The notes: generated from the sequence alone by a model not told the origin. 64,000 bases of DNA from Azolla caroliniana (GCA_043228905.1 JBHGNT010000010.1:13888001-13952000); one strand, 5' to 3'; shown: positions 37,815-49,823, numbered from the stretch's first letter. Numbers and translations: made by a program.

Positions 37815-39275
37815 ATGGCAAGATATGGAGTTCGCGATGCGACAGATCTACGAAGAGAACTTTTCCAATTGCGTATGGTTTCACCAATGTGCTACCTCGA
37901 GTATGAGAAGACGTTTTTGGATATATGGTCCACTTGGATTGGACTTGTTGGAGGCGTTGAAGATGTATACTTCAAGATGGAAAGATTCAAAGCAGGGCTA
38001 GATCCATATTTTCAATATGAAGTGCATATGAAGTACCCAAGGTCTTTCCATGATTTGCTTCGAGTATGTCAAAGTTATGATCAACAATTGAAGAAGTTGT
38101 TATTCGGTGAAGCATATGGAGTATCGGCGTCATATACCATAAATCCAAGCTATAATAATTGTGGATCGGTCATGAGCCAACAACCAGCCTACTTGCAATG
38201 TCCGATTCAACAGGTTCCCTCATATCATTATTCTAATTTTTGGAGTTATAATGATGTCTATGAAGGTGATTCCAGAGACAATGAAGAAGAGGTGATGAAT
38301 GTGGAGTCCCCCCATCTAGTTCATGAGGACAACCATGATATAAAGAATGATGATGTGAAAGACGAATCTAAGGAGATTGTTATGAGAAGCGATGTTATGG
38401 ATGGTGATGCCAATGTACATCATGTTGAGGACATTATTGATACAACAAGCGATATGGTGGTTGATGATGAATATGTGCAAGATGAAATGGAAGATATGAC
38501 AAAAGAAGTTGTTGATGGTGAAGTACCCACAACGAAGTTGCAAGATGAAGAAGGTAACCTAGAAGTGATAGCTGGAGATTGGCTTTTGGAGATCAATGCG
38601 TGTAAGGAAGCATTGGTAAGTGCCAAGTTGCAGTGTATGAAGGTGTTCGTGCATGATTTATGTTTTGGATTTGCATTGAGTAGCAACAAAGTTATGTGGG
38701 CATCAACTCTTCAACAACAATTTGATCAAGAGAAAAGAGAATTACTTGCAATGCATGATTGGAGTATCATGAACTTATCACCATCAAAGGATCCACCACA
38801 ACTAATCAAATGTATAAAGGAGAAGGAATCATCTATCGACAATAGCAATCAAGAAGAGGAAAGCATAACAATTGATGAATCTTCATGGGATAGGGAAAAC
38901 AAATCATTCCACATGGTGTCTAAGGAGGAAGAAGAAGTCATTGAAGAGAAAAGCATTATCACCTTGGAGAAGATGATTTCAAGCTATATCCAAGGAGAAG
39001 AGCATCTAAGGTTTAGTTCTTTTCTTTTTGAGTTTCCAAAATTACTCATAAATGTCTATTCACATATAAAAGGAGAAGGTTGCTTCAAAGACCTTATCAA
39101 ATTGAAGGTACCAATTGCCCAAACTCTTCAAGAATCTAAGGTTGTGCAAAAGAAAGATAATAAAGCATTGTTACAAGAGAGTTTCATTTATCATATGGAG
39201 AATTTGAAGTTTGTCTCACTTATTGTGGTTGTTCCAAAGGAGAAAGACGTCAACTTCCAACCCTTGAATGATTAA
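37815..39275 (+). CDS. Gag-derived protein (capsid C-terminal part, acidic linker, RT N-terminal relics), 486 aa from first ATG; copy 1
   Basis: RRELFQLR...EYEKTF...KMERFKAGLDP...PRSF resembles Retrotrans_gag; FVSLIVVVPKEK..NFQPLN resembles the RT motif WxSPIVVVPKK..DYRxLN. Confidence 0.7.
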   Translation: MARYGVRDATDLRRELFQLRMVSPMCYLEYEKTFLDIWSTWIGLVGGVEDVYFKMERFKAGLDPYFQYEVHMKYPRSFHDLLRVCQSYDQQLKKLLFGEAYGVSASYTINPSYNNCGSVMSQQPAYLQCPIQQVPSYHYSNFWSYNDVYEGDSRDNEEEVMNVESPHLVHEDNHDIKNDDVKDESKEIVMRSDVMDGDANVHHVEDIIDTTSDMVVDDEYVQDEMEDMTKEVVDGEVPTTKLQDEEGNLEVIAGDWLLEINACKEALVSAKLQCMKVFVHDLCFGFALSSNKVMWASTLQQQFDQEKRELLAMHDWSIMNLSPSKDPPQLIKCIKEKESSIDNSNQEEESITIDESSWDRENKSFHMVSKEEEEVIEEKSIITLEKMISSYIQGEEHLRFSSFLFEFPKLLINVYSHIKGEGCFKDLIKLKVPIAQTLQESKVVQKKDNKALLQESFIYHMENLKFVSLIVVVPKEKDVNFQPLND

Positions 39276-40569
39276 ACCAAACGAGATTTATTTTTGCTTC
39301 CTTTTCGAGATGAGATTCTAGATGAAATGGTCATACATACAAAACAAGGTAATGTGAAGAATGTGGTGTGCCAAGAAGAAAGTCATGTTGATGAAGCAAA
39401 GATCGACGTAATTCAAAATATGACAATTCTGACAAGTATCGAAGCTTTAAAGGTATTTGTACAAAAGGTTCGCTCGCTTGAAAGATTTATTCATATGTTA
39501 ACATGCTTACTTCTATCAAGAGTTATGTATCACATAGACCTACTTCTGTTTGGAAAGTTGATGAAGATATACTAATTGTTGTAACCTCTTTCTTTGTGTT
39601 GACAAGGAGAAAGATGGTGATGGCAATTGTCAATGTGTATGTGTGTGTGTTTAGAAGTGTGAGGTTTTTCCTATCGACTAGCGGGGGTTTTATTCACATA
39701 GTTTGTTTCTTTTCTATTTATTTTCTCCTTCTTTGTCTATAGCCATGAATAAGACGAAGGAGAACCTTTAGTTTTATTAGTAGCTTAGGGTTCACCATAA
39801 ATGGTTCACCAAAAAGCAAGGGGGAGGGCTAAATGTGAAAGTGTTTTTAGAATTAAAGGTATTGAAGTCTACAAAAATATAAGGTATGGAGCATTCACAC
39901 CCGAAGGCCAAGAACACGAGCTAAGGTTTCAAGTATAAGTCAAACTAAAAGCAAGAAAGATGGAGAAAAGTCAAAGAAGAAAAAAACGGGCCACCAAAAT
40001 ATAGTCTACAACGAACGCCCATAACTCATTCGTTTGGAAGCCAAATATAATGTGCAAATATGGGTTAGAAAGCTTATGACGAGAGCTATCCGTAGCTTTT
40101 TAAAACTCTAAATTTGGAACATGGATGAGGGAGATATGACGATTAGAAGATCGTTGTGTCATAGCTAAGAATAGGAGATGGAAAAGCTCTAAAAAAAGCG
40201 TGGAAAAGAAAGCAAGCGAAACTTATCTACTAGAGGAGAACTTCATATAAAGCAAGAAGAGTGAGGTGGTGAGGAGAGCTTTTTTCTTGTGATGTTTTTC
40301 TTGCCTATTCATGTAGTGCGTTTTTCTAGTGATCAATTCATCCTTGTAGGCTTGAGTTTATGTATCTTCTTTCTCTTGTTTCTATGATCATCACTCCTTA
40401 TTAATATATCTTTGTAGATTTGGGTTTCTATATCTTCCTTCTCTCTCTTTTCTATCATCATCTCTCTTTTCATTTTTGGCGCTCCAGGGAGGGTCGATCC
40501 TTTCTGTATAACGGGAGGAACGGTTGTCCACTAATTGATGGTTGGATCTACCGATTCATCATCAAACTA

Positions 40570-42030
40570 ATGGCAAGATATGGAGTTCGCGATGCGACAG
40601 ATCTACGAAGAGAACTTTTCCAATTGCGTATGGTTTCACCAATGTGCTACCTCGAGTATGAGAAGACGTTTTTGGATATATGGTCCACTTGGATTGGACT
40701 TGTTGGAGGCGTTGAAGATGTATACTTCAAGATGGAAAGATTCAAAGCAGGGCTAGATCCATATTTTCAATATGAAGTGCATATGAAGTACCCAAGGTCT
40801 TTCCATGATTTGCTTCGAGTATGTCAAAGTTATGATCAACAATTGAAGAAGTTGTTATTCGGTGAAGCATATGGAGTATCGGCGTCATATACCATAAATC
40901 CAAGCTATAATAATTGTGGATCGGTCATGAGCCAACAACCAGCCTACTTGCAATGTCCGATTCAACAGGTTCCCTCATATCATTATTCTAATTTTTGGAG
41001 TTATAATGATGTCTATGAAGGTGATTCCAGAGACAATGAAGAAGAGGTGATGAATGTGGAGTCCCCCCATCTAGTTCATGAGGACAACCATGATATAAAG
41101 AATGATGATGTGAAAGACGAATCTAAGGAGATTGTTATGAGAAGCGATGTTATGGATGGTGATGCCAATGTACATCATGTTGAGGACATTATTGATACAA
41201 CAAGCGATATGGTGGTTGATGATGAATATGTGCAAGATGAAATGGAAGATATGACAAAAGAAGTTGTTGATGGTGAAGTACCCACAACGAAGTTGCAAGA
41301 TGAAGAAGGTAACCTAGAAGTGATAGCTGGAGATTGGCTTTTGGAGATCAATGCGTGTAAGGAAGCATTGGTAAGTGCCAAGTTGCAGTGTATGAAGGTG
41401 TTCGTGCATGATTTATGTTTTGGATTTGCATTGAGTAGCAACAAAGTTATGTGGGCATCAACTCTTCAACAACAATTTGATCAAGAGAAAAGAGAATTAC
41501 TTGCAATGCATGATTGGAGTATCATGAACTTATCACCATCAAAGGATCCACCACAACTAATCAAATGTATAAAGGAGAAGGAATCATCTATCGACAATAG
41601 CAATCAAGAAGAGGAAAGCATAACAATTGATGAATCTTCATGGGATAGGGAAAACAAATCATTCCACATGGTGTCTAAGGAGGAAGAAGAAGTCATTGAA
41701 GAGAAAAGCATTATCACCTTGGAGAAGATGATTTCAAGCTATATCCAAGGAGAAGAGCATCTAAGGTTTAGTTCTTTTCTTTTTGAGTTTCCAAAATTAC
41801 TCATAAATGTCTATTCACATATAAAAGGAGAAGGTTGCTTCAAAGACCTTATCAAATTGAAGGTACCAATTGCCCAAACTCTTCAAGAATCTAAGGTTGT
41901 GCAAAAGAAAGATAATAAAGCATTGTTACAAGAGAGTTTCATTTATCATATGGAGAATTTGAAGTTTGTCTCACTTATTGTGGTTGTTCCAAAGGAGAAA
42001 GACGTCAACTTCCAACCCTTGAATGATTAA
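40570..42030 (+). CDS. Gag-derived protein, copy 2
   Basis: Translation identical to copy 1. Confidence 0.7.
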   Translation: MARYGVRDATDLRRELFQLRMVSPMCYLEYEKTFLDIWSTWIGLVGGVEDVYFKMERFKAGLDPYFQYEVHMKYPRSFHDLLRVCQSYDQQLKKLLFGEAYGVSASYTINPSYNNCGSVMSQQPAYLQCPIQQVPSYHYSNFWSYNDVYEGDSRDNEEEVMNVESPHLVHEDNHDIKNDDVKDESKEIVMRSDVMDGDANVHHVEDIIDTTSDMVVDDEYVQDEMEDMTKEVVDGEVPTTKLQDEEGNLEVIAGDWLLEINACKEALVSAKLQCMKVFVHDLCFGFALSSNKVMWASTLQQQFDQEKRELLAMHDWSIMNLSPSKDPPQLIKCIKEKESSIDNSNQEEESITIDESSWDRENKSFHMVSKEEEEVIEEKSIITLEKMISSYIQGEEHLRFSSFLFEFPKLLINVYSHIKGEGCFKDLIKLKVPIAQTLQESKVVQKKDNKALLQESFIYHMENLKFVSLIVVVPKEKDVNFQPLND

Positions 42031-43324
42031 ACCAAACGAGATTTATTTTTGCTTCCTTTTCGAGATGAGATTCTAGATGAAATGGTCATACATACAAAAC
42101 AAGGTAATGTGAAGAATGTGGTGTGCCAAGAAGAAAGTCATGTTGATGAAGCAAAGATCGACGTAATTCAAAATATGACAATTCTGACAAGTATCGAAGC
42201 TTTAAAGGTATTTGTACAAAAGGTTCGCTCGCTTGAAAGATTTATTCATATGTTAACATGCTTACTTCTATCAAGAGTTATGTATCACATAGACCTACTT
42301 CTGTTTGGAAAGTTGATGAAGATATACTAATTGTTGTAACCTCTTTCTTTGTGTTGACAAGGAGAAAGATGGTGATGGCAATTGTCAATGTGTATGTGTG
42401 TGTGTTTAGAAGTGTGAGGTTTTTCCTATCGACTAGCGGGGGTTTTATTCACATAGTTTGTTTCTTTTCTATTTATTTTCTCCTTCTTTGTCTATAGCCA
42501 TGAATAAGACGAAGGAGAACCTTTAGTTTTATTAGTAGCTTAGGGTTCACCATAAATGGTTCACCAAAAAGCAAGGGGGAGGGCTAAATGTGAAAGTGTT
42601 TTTAGAATTAAAGGTATTGAAGTCTACAAAAATATAAGGTATGGAGCATTCACACCCGAAGGCCAAGAACACGAGCTAAGGTTTCAAGTATAAGTCAAAC
42701 TAAAAGCAAGAAAGATGGAGAAAAGTCAAAGAAGAAAAAAACGGGCCACCAAAATATAGTCTACAACGAACGCCCATAACTCATTCGTTTGGAAGCCAAA
42801 TATAATGTGCAAATATGGGTTAGAAAGCTTATGACGAGAGCTATCCGTAGCTTTTTAAAACTCTAAATTTGGAACATGGATGAGGGAGATATGACGATTA
42901 GAAGATCGTTGTGTCATAGCTAAGAATAGGAGATGGAAAAGCTCTAAAAAAAGCGTGGAAAAGAAAGCAAGCGAAACTTATCTACTAGAGGAGAACTTCA
43001 TATAAAGCAAGAAGAGTGAGGTGGTGAGGAGAGCTTTTTTCTTGTGATGTTTTTCTTGCCTATTCATGTAGTGCGTTTTTCTAGTGATCAATTCATCCTT
43101 GTAGGCTTGAGTTTATGTATCTTCTTTCTCTTGTTTCTATGATCATCACTCCTTATTAATATATCTTTGTAGATTTGGGTTTCTATATCTTCCTTCTCTC
43201 TCTTTTCTATCATCATCTCTCTTTTCATTTTTGGCGCTCCAGGGAGGGTCGATCCTTTCTGTATAACGGGAGGAACGGTTGTCCACTAATTGATGGTTGG
43301 ATCTACCGATTCATCATCAAACTA

Positions 43325-44785
43325 ATGGCAAGATATGGAGTTCGCGATGCGACAGATCTACGAAGAGAACTTTTCCAATTGCGTATGGTTTCACCAATGT
43401 GCTACCTCGAGTATGAGAAGACGTTTTTGGATATATGGTCCACTTGGATTGGACTTGTTGGAGGCGTTGAAGATGTATACTTCAAGATGGAAAGATTCAA
43501 AGCAGGGCTAGATCCATATTTTCAATATGAAGTGCATATGAAGTACCCAAGGTCTTTCCATGATTTGCTTCGAGTATGTCAAAGTTATGATCAACAATTG
43601 AAGAAGTTGTTATTCGGTGAAGCATATGGAGTATCGGCGTCATATACCATAAATCCAAGCTATAATAATTGTGGATCGGTCATGAGCCAACAACCAGCCT
43701 ACTTGCAATGTCCGATTCAACAGGTTCCCTCATATCATTATTCTAATTTTTGGAGTTATAATGATGTCTATGAAGGTGATTCCAGAGACAATGAAGAAGA
43801 GGTGATGAATGTGGAGTCCCCCCATCTAGTTCATGAGGACAACCATGATATAAAGAATGATGATGTGAAAGACGAATCTAAGGAGATTGTTATGAGAAGC
43901 GATGTTATGGATGGTGATGCCAATGTACATCATGTTGAGGACATTATTGATACAACAAGCGATATGGTGGTTGATGATGAATATGTGCAAGATGAAATGG
44001 AAGATATGACAAAAGAAGTTGTTGATGGTGAAGTACCCACAACGAAGTTGCAAGATGAAGAAGGTAACCTAGAAGTGATAGCTGGAGATTGGCTTTTGGA
44101 GATCAATGCGTGTAAGGAAGCATTGGTAAGTGCCAAGTTGCAGTGTATGAAGGTGTTCGTGCATGATTTATGTTTTGGATTTGCATTGAGTAGCAACAAA
44201 GTTATGTGGGCATCAACTCTTCAACAACAATTTGATCAAGAGAAAAGAGAATTACTTGCAATGCATGATTGGAGTATCATGAACTTATCACCATCAAAGG
44301 ATCCACCACAACTAATCAAATGTATAAAGGAGAAGGAATCATCTATCGACAATAGCAATCAAGAAGAGGAAAGCATAACAATTGATGAATCTTCATGGGA
44401 TAGGGAAAACAAATCATTCCACATGGTGTCTAAGGAGGAAGAAGAAGTCATTGAAGAGAAAAGCATTATCACCTTGGAGAAGATGATTTCAAGCTATATC
44501 CAAGGAGAAGAGCATCTAAGGTTTAGTTCTTTTCTTTTTGAGTTTCCAAAATTACTCATAAATGTCTATTCACATATAAAAGGAGAAGGTTGCTTCAAAG
44601 ACCTTATCAAATTGAAGGTACCAATTGCCCAAACTCTTCAAGAATCTAAGGTTGTGCAAAAGAAAGATAATAAAGCATTGTTACAAGAGAGTTTCATTTA
44701 TCATATGGAGAATTTGAAGTTTGTCTCACTTATTGTGGTTGTTCCAAAGGAGAAAGACGTCAACTTCCAACCCTTGAATGATTAA
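43325..44785 (+). CDS. Gag-derived protein, copy 3
   Basis: Translation identical to copy 1. Confidence 0.7.
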   Translation: MARYGVRDATDLRRELFQLRMVSPMCYLEYEKTFLDIWSTWIGLVGGVEDVYFKMERFKAGLDPYFQYEVHMKYPRSFHDLLRVCQSYDQQLKKLLFGEAYGVSASYTINPSYNNCGSVMSQQPAYLQCPIQQVPSYHYSNFWSYNDVYEGDSRDNEEEVMNVESPHLVHEDNHDIKNDDVKDESKEIVMRSDVMDGDANVHHVEDIIDTTSDMVVDDEYVQDEMEDMTKEVVDGEVPTTKLQDEEGNLEVIAGDWLLEINACKEALVSAKLQCMKVFVHDLCFGFALSSNKVMWASTLQQQFDQEKRELLAMHDWSIMNLSPSKDPPQLIKCIKEKESSIDNSNQEEESITIDESSWDRENKSFHMVSKEEEEVIEEKSIITLEKMISSYIQGEEHLRFSSFLFEFPKLLINVYSHIKGEGCFKDLIKLKVPIAQTLQESKVVQKKDNKALLQESFIYHMENLKFVSLIVVVPKEKDVNFQPLND

Positions 44786-46079
44786 ACCAAACGAGATTTA
44801 TTTTTGCTTCCTTTTCGAGATGAGATTCTAGATGAAATGGTCATACATACAAAACAAGGTAATGTGAAGAATGTGGTGTGCCAAGAAGAAAGTCATGTTG
44901 ATGAAGCAAAGATCGACGTAATTCAAAATATGACAATTCTGACAAGTATCGAAGCTTTAAAGGTATTTGTACAAAAGGTTCGCTCGCTTGAAAGATTTAT
45001 TCATATGTTAACATGCTTACTTCTATCAAGAGTTATGTATCACATAGACCTACTTCTGTTTGGAAAGTTGATGAAGATATACTAATTGTTGTAACCTCTT
45101 TCTTTGTGTTGACAAGGAGAAAGATGGTGATGGCAATTGTCAATGTGTATGTGTGTGTGTTTAGAAGTGTGAGGTTTTTCCTATCGACTAGCGGGGGTTT
45201 TATTCACATAGTTTGTTTCTTTTCTATTTATTTTCTCCTTCTTTGTCTATAGCCATGAATAAGACGAAGGAGAACCTTTAGTTTTATTAGTAGCTTAGGG
45301 TTCACCATAAATGGTTCACCAAAAAGCAAGGGGGAGGGCTAAATGTGAAAGTGTTTTTAGAATTAAAGGTATTGAAGTCTACAAAAATATAAGGTATGGA
45401 GCATTCACACCCGAAGGCCAAGAACACGAGCTAAGGTTTCAAGTATAAGTCAAACTAAAAGCAAGAAAGATGGAGAAAAGTCAAAGAAGAAAAAAACGGG
45501 CCACCAAAATATAGTCTACAACGAACGCCCATAACTCATTCGTTTGGAAGCCAAATATAATGTGCAAATATGGGTTAGAAAGCTTATGACGAGAGCTATC
45601 CGTAGCTTTTTAAAACTCTAAATTTGGAACATGGATGAGGGAGATATGACGATTAGAAGATCGTTGTGTCATAGCTAAGAATAGGAGATGGAAAAGCTCT
45701 AAAAAAAGCGTGGAAAAGAAAGCAAGCGAAACTTATCTACTAGAGGAGAACTTCATATAAAGCAAGAAGAGTGAGGTGGTGAGGAGAGCTTTTTTCTTGT
45801 GATGTTTTTCTTGCCTATTCATGTAGTGCGTTTTTCTAGTGATCAATTCATCCTTGTAGGCTTGAGTTTATGTATCTTCTTTCTCTTGTTTCTATGATCA
45901 TCACTCCTTATTAATATATCTTTGTAGATTTGGGTTTCTATATCTTCCTTCTCTCTCTTTTCTATCATCATCTCTCTTTTCATTTTTGGCGCTCCAGGGA
46001 GGGTCGATCCTTTCTGTATAACGGGAGGAACGGTTGTCCACTAATTGATGGTTGGATCTACCGATTCATCATCAAACTA

Positions 46080-47540
46080 ATGGCAAGATATGGAGTTCGC
46101 GATGCGACAGATCTACGAAGAGAACTTTTCCAATTGCGTATGGTTTCACCAATGTGCTACCTCGAGTATGAGAAGACGTTTTTGGATATATGGTCCACTT
46201 GGATTGGACTTGTTGGAGGCGTTGAAGATGTATACTTCAAGATGGAAAGATTCAAAGCAGGGCTAGATCCATATTTTCAATATGAAGTGCATATGAAGTA
46301 CCCAAGGTCTTTCCATGATTTGCTTCGAGTATGTCAAAGTTATGATCAACAATTGAAGAAGTTGTTATTCGGTGAAGCATATGGAGTATCGGCGTCATAT
46401 ACCATAAATCCAAGCTATAATAATTGTGGATCGGTCATGAGCCAACAACCAGCCTACTTGCAATGTCCGATTCAACAGGTTCCCTCATATCATTATTCTA
46501 ATTTTTGGAGTTATAATGATGTCTATGAAGGTGATTCCAGAGACAATGAAGAAGAGGTGATGAATGTGGAGTCCCCCCATCTAGTTCATGAGGACAACCA
46601 TGATATAAAGAATGATGATGTGAAAGACGAATCTAAGGAGATTGTTATGAGAAGCGATGTTATGGATGGTGATGCCAATGTACATCATGTTGAGGACATT
46701 ATTGATACAACAAGCGATATGGTGGTTGATGATGAATATGTGCAAGATGAAATGGAAGATATGACAAAAGAAGTTGTTGATGGTGAAGTACCCACAACGA
46801 AGTTGCAAGATGAAGAAGGTAACCTAGAAGTGATAGCTGGAGATTGGCTTTTGGAGATCAATGCGTGTAAGGAAGCATTGGTAAGTGCCAAGTTGCAGTG
46901 TATGAAGGTGTTCGTGCATGATTTATGTTTTGGATTTGCATTGAGTAGCAACAAAGTTATGTGGGCATCAACTCTTCAACAACAATTTGATCAAGAGAAA
47001 AGAGAATTACTTGCAATGCATGATTGGAGTATCATGAACTTATCACCATCAAAGGATCCACCACAACTAATCAAATGTATAAAGGAGAAGGAATCATCTA
47101 TCGACAATAGCAATCAAGAAGAGGAAAGCATAACAATTGATGAATCTTCATGGGATAGGGAAAACAAATCATTCCACATGGTGTCTAAGGAGGAAGAAGA
47201 AGTCATTGAAGAGAAAAGCATTATCACCTTGGAGAAGATGATTTCAAGCTATATCCAAGGAGAAGAGCATCTAAGGTTTAGTTCTTTTCTTTTTGAGTTT
47301 CCAAAATTACTCATAAATGTCTATTCACATATAAAAGGAGAAGGTTGCTTCAAAGACCTTATCAAATTGAAGGTACCAATTGCCCAAACTCTTCAAGAAT
47401 CTAAGGTTGTGCAAAAGAAAGATAATAAAGCATTGTTACAAGAGAGTTTCATTTATCATATGGAGAATTTGAAGTTTGTCTCACTTATTGTGGTTGTTCC
47501 AAAGGAGAAAGACGTCAACTTCCAACCCTTGAATGATTAA
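46080..47540 (+). CDS. Gag-derived protein, copy 4
   Basis: Translation identical to copy 1. Confidence 0.7.
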   Translation: MARYGVRDATDLRRELFQLRMVSPMCYLEYEKTFLDIWSTWIGLVGGVEDVYFKMERFKAGLDPYFQYEVHMKYPRSFHDLLRVCQSYDQQLKKLLFGEAYGVSASYTINPSYNNCGSVMSQQPAYLQCPIQQVPSYHYSNFWSYNDVYEGDSRDNEEEVMNVESPHLVHEDNHDIKNDDVKDESKEIVMRSDVMDGDANVHHVEDIIDTTSDMVVDDEYVQDEMEDMTKEVVDGEVPTTKLQDEEGNLEVIAGDWLLEINACKEALVSAKLQCMKVFVHDLCFGFALSSNKVMWASTLQQQFDQEKRELLAMHDWSIMNLSPSKDPPQLIKCIKEKESSIDNSNQEEESITIDESSWDRENKSFHMVSKEEEEVIEEKSIITLEKMISSYIQGEEHLRFSSFLFEFPKLLINVYSHIKGEGCFKDLIKLKVPIAQTLQESKVVQKKDNKALLQESFIYHMENLKFVSLIVVVPKEKDVNFQPLND

Positions 47541-48756
47541 ACCAAACGAGATTTATTTTTGCTTCCTTTTCGAGATGAGATTCTAGATGAAATGGTCATA
47601 CATACAAAACAAGGTAATGTGAAGAATGTGGTGTGCCAAGAAGAAAGTCATGTTGATGAAGCAAAGATCGACGTAATTCAAAATATGACAATTCTGACAA
47701 GTATCGAAGCTTTAAAGGTATTTGTACAAAAGGTTCGCTCGCTTGAAAGATTTATTCATATGTTAACATGCTTACTTCTATCAAGAGTTATGTATCACAT
47801 AGACCTACTTCTGTTTGGAAAGTTGATGAAGATATACTAATTGTTGTAACCTCTTTCTTTGTGTTGACAAGGAGAAAGATGGTGATGGCAATTGTCAATG
47901 TGTATGTGTGTGTGTTTAGAAGTGTGAGGTTTTTCCTATCGACTAGCGGGGGTTTTATTCACATAGTTTGTTTCTTTTCTATTTATTTTCTCCTTCTTTG
48001 TCTATAGCCATGAATAAGACGAAGGAGAACCTTTAGTTTTATTAGTAGCTTAGGGTTCACCATAAATGGTTCACCAAAAAGCAAGGGGGAGGGCTAAATG
48101 TGAAAGTGTTTTTAGAATTAAAGGTATTGAAGTCTACAAAAATATAAGGTATGGAGCATTCACACCCGAAGGCCAAGAACACGAGCTAAGGTTTCAAGTA
48201 TAAGTCAAACTAAAAGCAAGAAAGATGGAGAAAAGTCAAAGAAGAAAAAAACGGGCCACCAAAATATAGTCTACAACGAACGCCCATAACTCATTCGTTT
48301 GGAAGCCAAATATAATGTGCAAATATGGGTTAGAAAGCTTATGACGAGAGCTATCCGTAGCTTTTTAAAACTCTAAATTTGGAACATGGATGAGGGAGAT
48401 ATGACGATTAGAAGATCGTTGTGTCATAGCTAAGAATAGGAGATGGAAAAGCTCTAAAAAAAGCGTGGAAAAGAAAGCAAGCGAAACTTATCTACTAGAG
48501 GAGAACTTCATATAAAGCAAGAAGAGTGAGGTGGTGAGGAGAGCTTTTTTCTTGTGATGTTTTTCTTGCCTATTCATGTAGTGCGTTTTTCTAGTGATCA
48601 ATTCATCCTTGTAGGCTTGAGTTTATGTATCTTCTTTCTCTTGTTTCTATGATCATCACTCCTTATTAATATATCTTTGTAGATTTGGGTTTCTATATCT
48701 TCCTTCTCTCTCTTTTCTATCATCATCTCTCTCGCAACCCTCGCGCTTTGATACCA

Positions 48757-49188
48757 TGTAAAAGAATACGTTATGCGGAAGCATGTGCGTAAGACACAGA
48801 GTGCACAGTTCGGGAGAATAAGACAGTTCGGTAAAACACAGAAAACGCAGAGATGGAGATGGAGAGACAAAGAGAGATTGAGTAGACAACAGAAAACTCC
48901 GATTCAAAATAATGCTCTGTTCAGTACATACACCGTGCTTAGTGAGCACCTTTTATACAAGCCCTAACAATAGGGCTGACACAAGTACTGGCAGTACTTG
49001 ACTGCTCATAAATGAGCCTACTACACTAACTCCCAAAATTATTCCTTACGAGGAATATCAAACTAACGACCTTCTAGTTTACGCACCGAAACGGCCACGT
49101 TATGCATACTATTTTACGCACCCAGTCTATGCACTGGGTTACGCACCGCACCGTATTACGCACTCAATGTTGAGCTTGTCACTCAACA
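48757..49188 (-). repeat. 5' LTR of C2
   Basis: TGTAAAAG...TCAACA ends; homologous to the reconstructed 24719-26854 LTR. Confidence 0.9.
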
Positions 49189-49823
49189 CGGCTCCCCAGC
49201 TCACCAGCTCACTTGCTCACTAGGTCACCAATCCGGCTCATCCTTCCGGATCCGGTTGAGCTTGCCGCTCAATAGGACCCATGCCAAGAAACCCGTTTGA
49301 ACAGAGAAAGGTTGAGACCGAACCAGACGTCGGTAAGCACGACGAGACGATAACCGGTCAAGCAATCGGCAAGCACGAAACCGGTGAAAGGGACCACAAT
49401 CCAGAGAAGGATCCATTCGGGCCGGATACGGATTAACAAAATTGTCTTAAAAATAAAAAATAAAAAATAAAAATCGAATCAGATCAAATCAAACCCAAAT
49501 CATGTGATGGCGAGGAGCGAACAGCCACATGCAATGACAAGGAGTGAACGGGCACTTCGAAAAGCCACGTAGTGGGCTATTTATAGCGCATTAAAACGCC
49601 GCCACATGGCACTTCATTGCTATTATAGTACACGACGTGCGCATGCGCAGAAATCGACAAAGGCTCCAACATGCAGAAAGAAAACCTCCACCGCATGGAG
49701 ACCTTCTCATTTCGCGAATAGAGAATTGCAAACGCACACAGGCAATTAAAGATAATCAGACGCGGGCACCCTTAGCCCACTAACGCACCTACCTCACCAG
49801 CACCCACCGACTCAGAATGAGAA

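Larger units (their letters stand above)
37079..48732 (+). mobile_element. Tandem array of a non-autonomous Gypsy-derived LTR element: (LTR-internal) x4 plus LTR, period 2755 bp
   Basis: 639-bp LTRs (TGTGAAAG...CTTTTCA) start at 37079, 39834, 42589, 45344 and 48099. Each internal region starts with PBS TGGCGCTCCAGGGAGGGTCGA and ends with PPT AAGCAAGGGGGAGGG. ORF translations are identical in all four units. Confidence 0.95.
24719..49188 (-). mobile_element. Copia LTR retrotransposon C2 inserted in the C1 5' LTR
   Basis: 5' LTR 48757-49188. 3' LTR 24719-26854, split by two solo LTRs. PPT complement at 26855. PBS complement GCTTTGATACCA at 48745-48756. TSD TGGCT/CGGCT (24714-24718 / 49189-49193). 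Confidence 0.9.
5671..49274 (-). mobile_element. Copia LTR retrotransposon C1, internally deleted (gag plus partial protease only); host of B and C2
   Basis: 3' LTR 5671-6091 with PPT complement CTCCCCCTC at 6092. 5' LTR split into 24401-24718 and 49189-49274. tRNA-Met PBS complement GCTCTGATACCA at 24389-24400. TSD GGACC. Confidence 0.88.

Noticed and set aside
37079-48732. Tandemly duplicated host gene cluster
   Set aside because: Units are bounded by LTRs with PBS and PPT, and the protein has Gag and RT relics.
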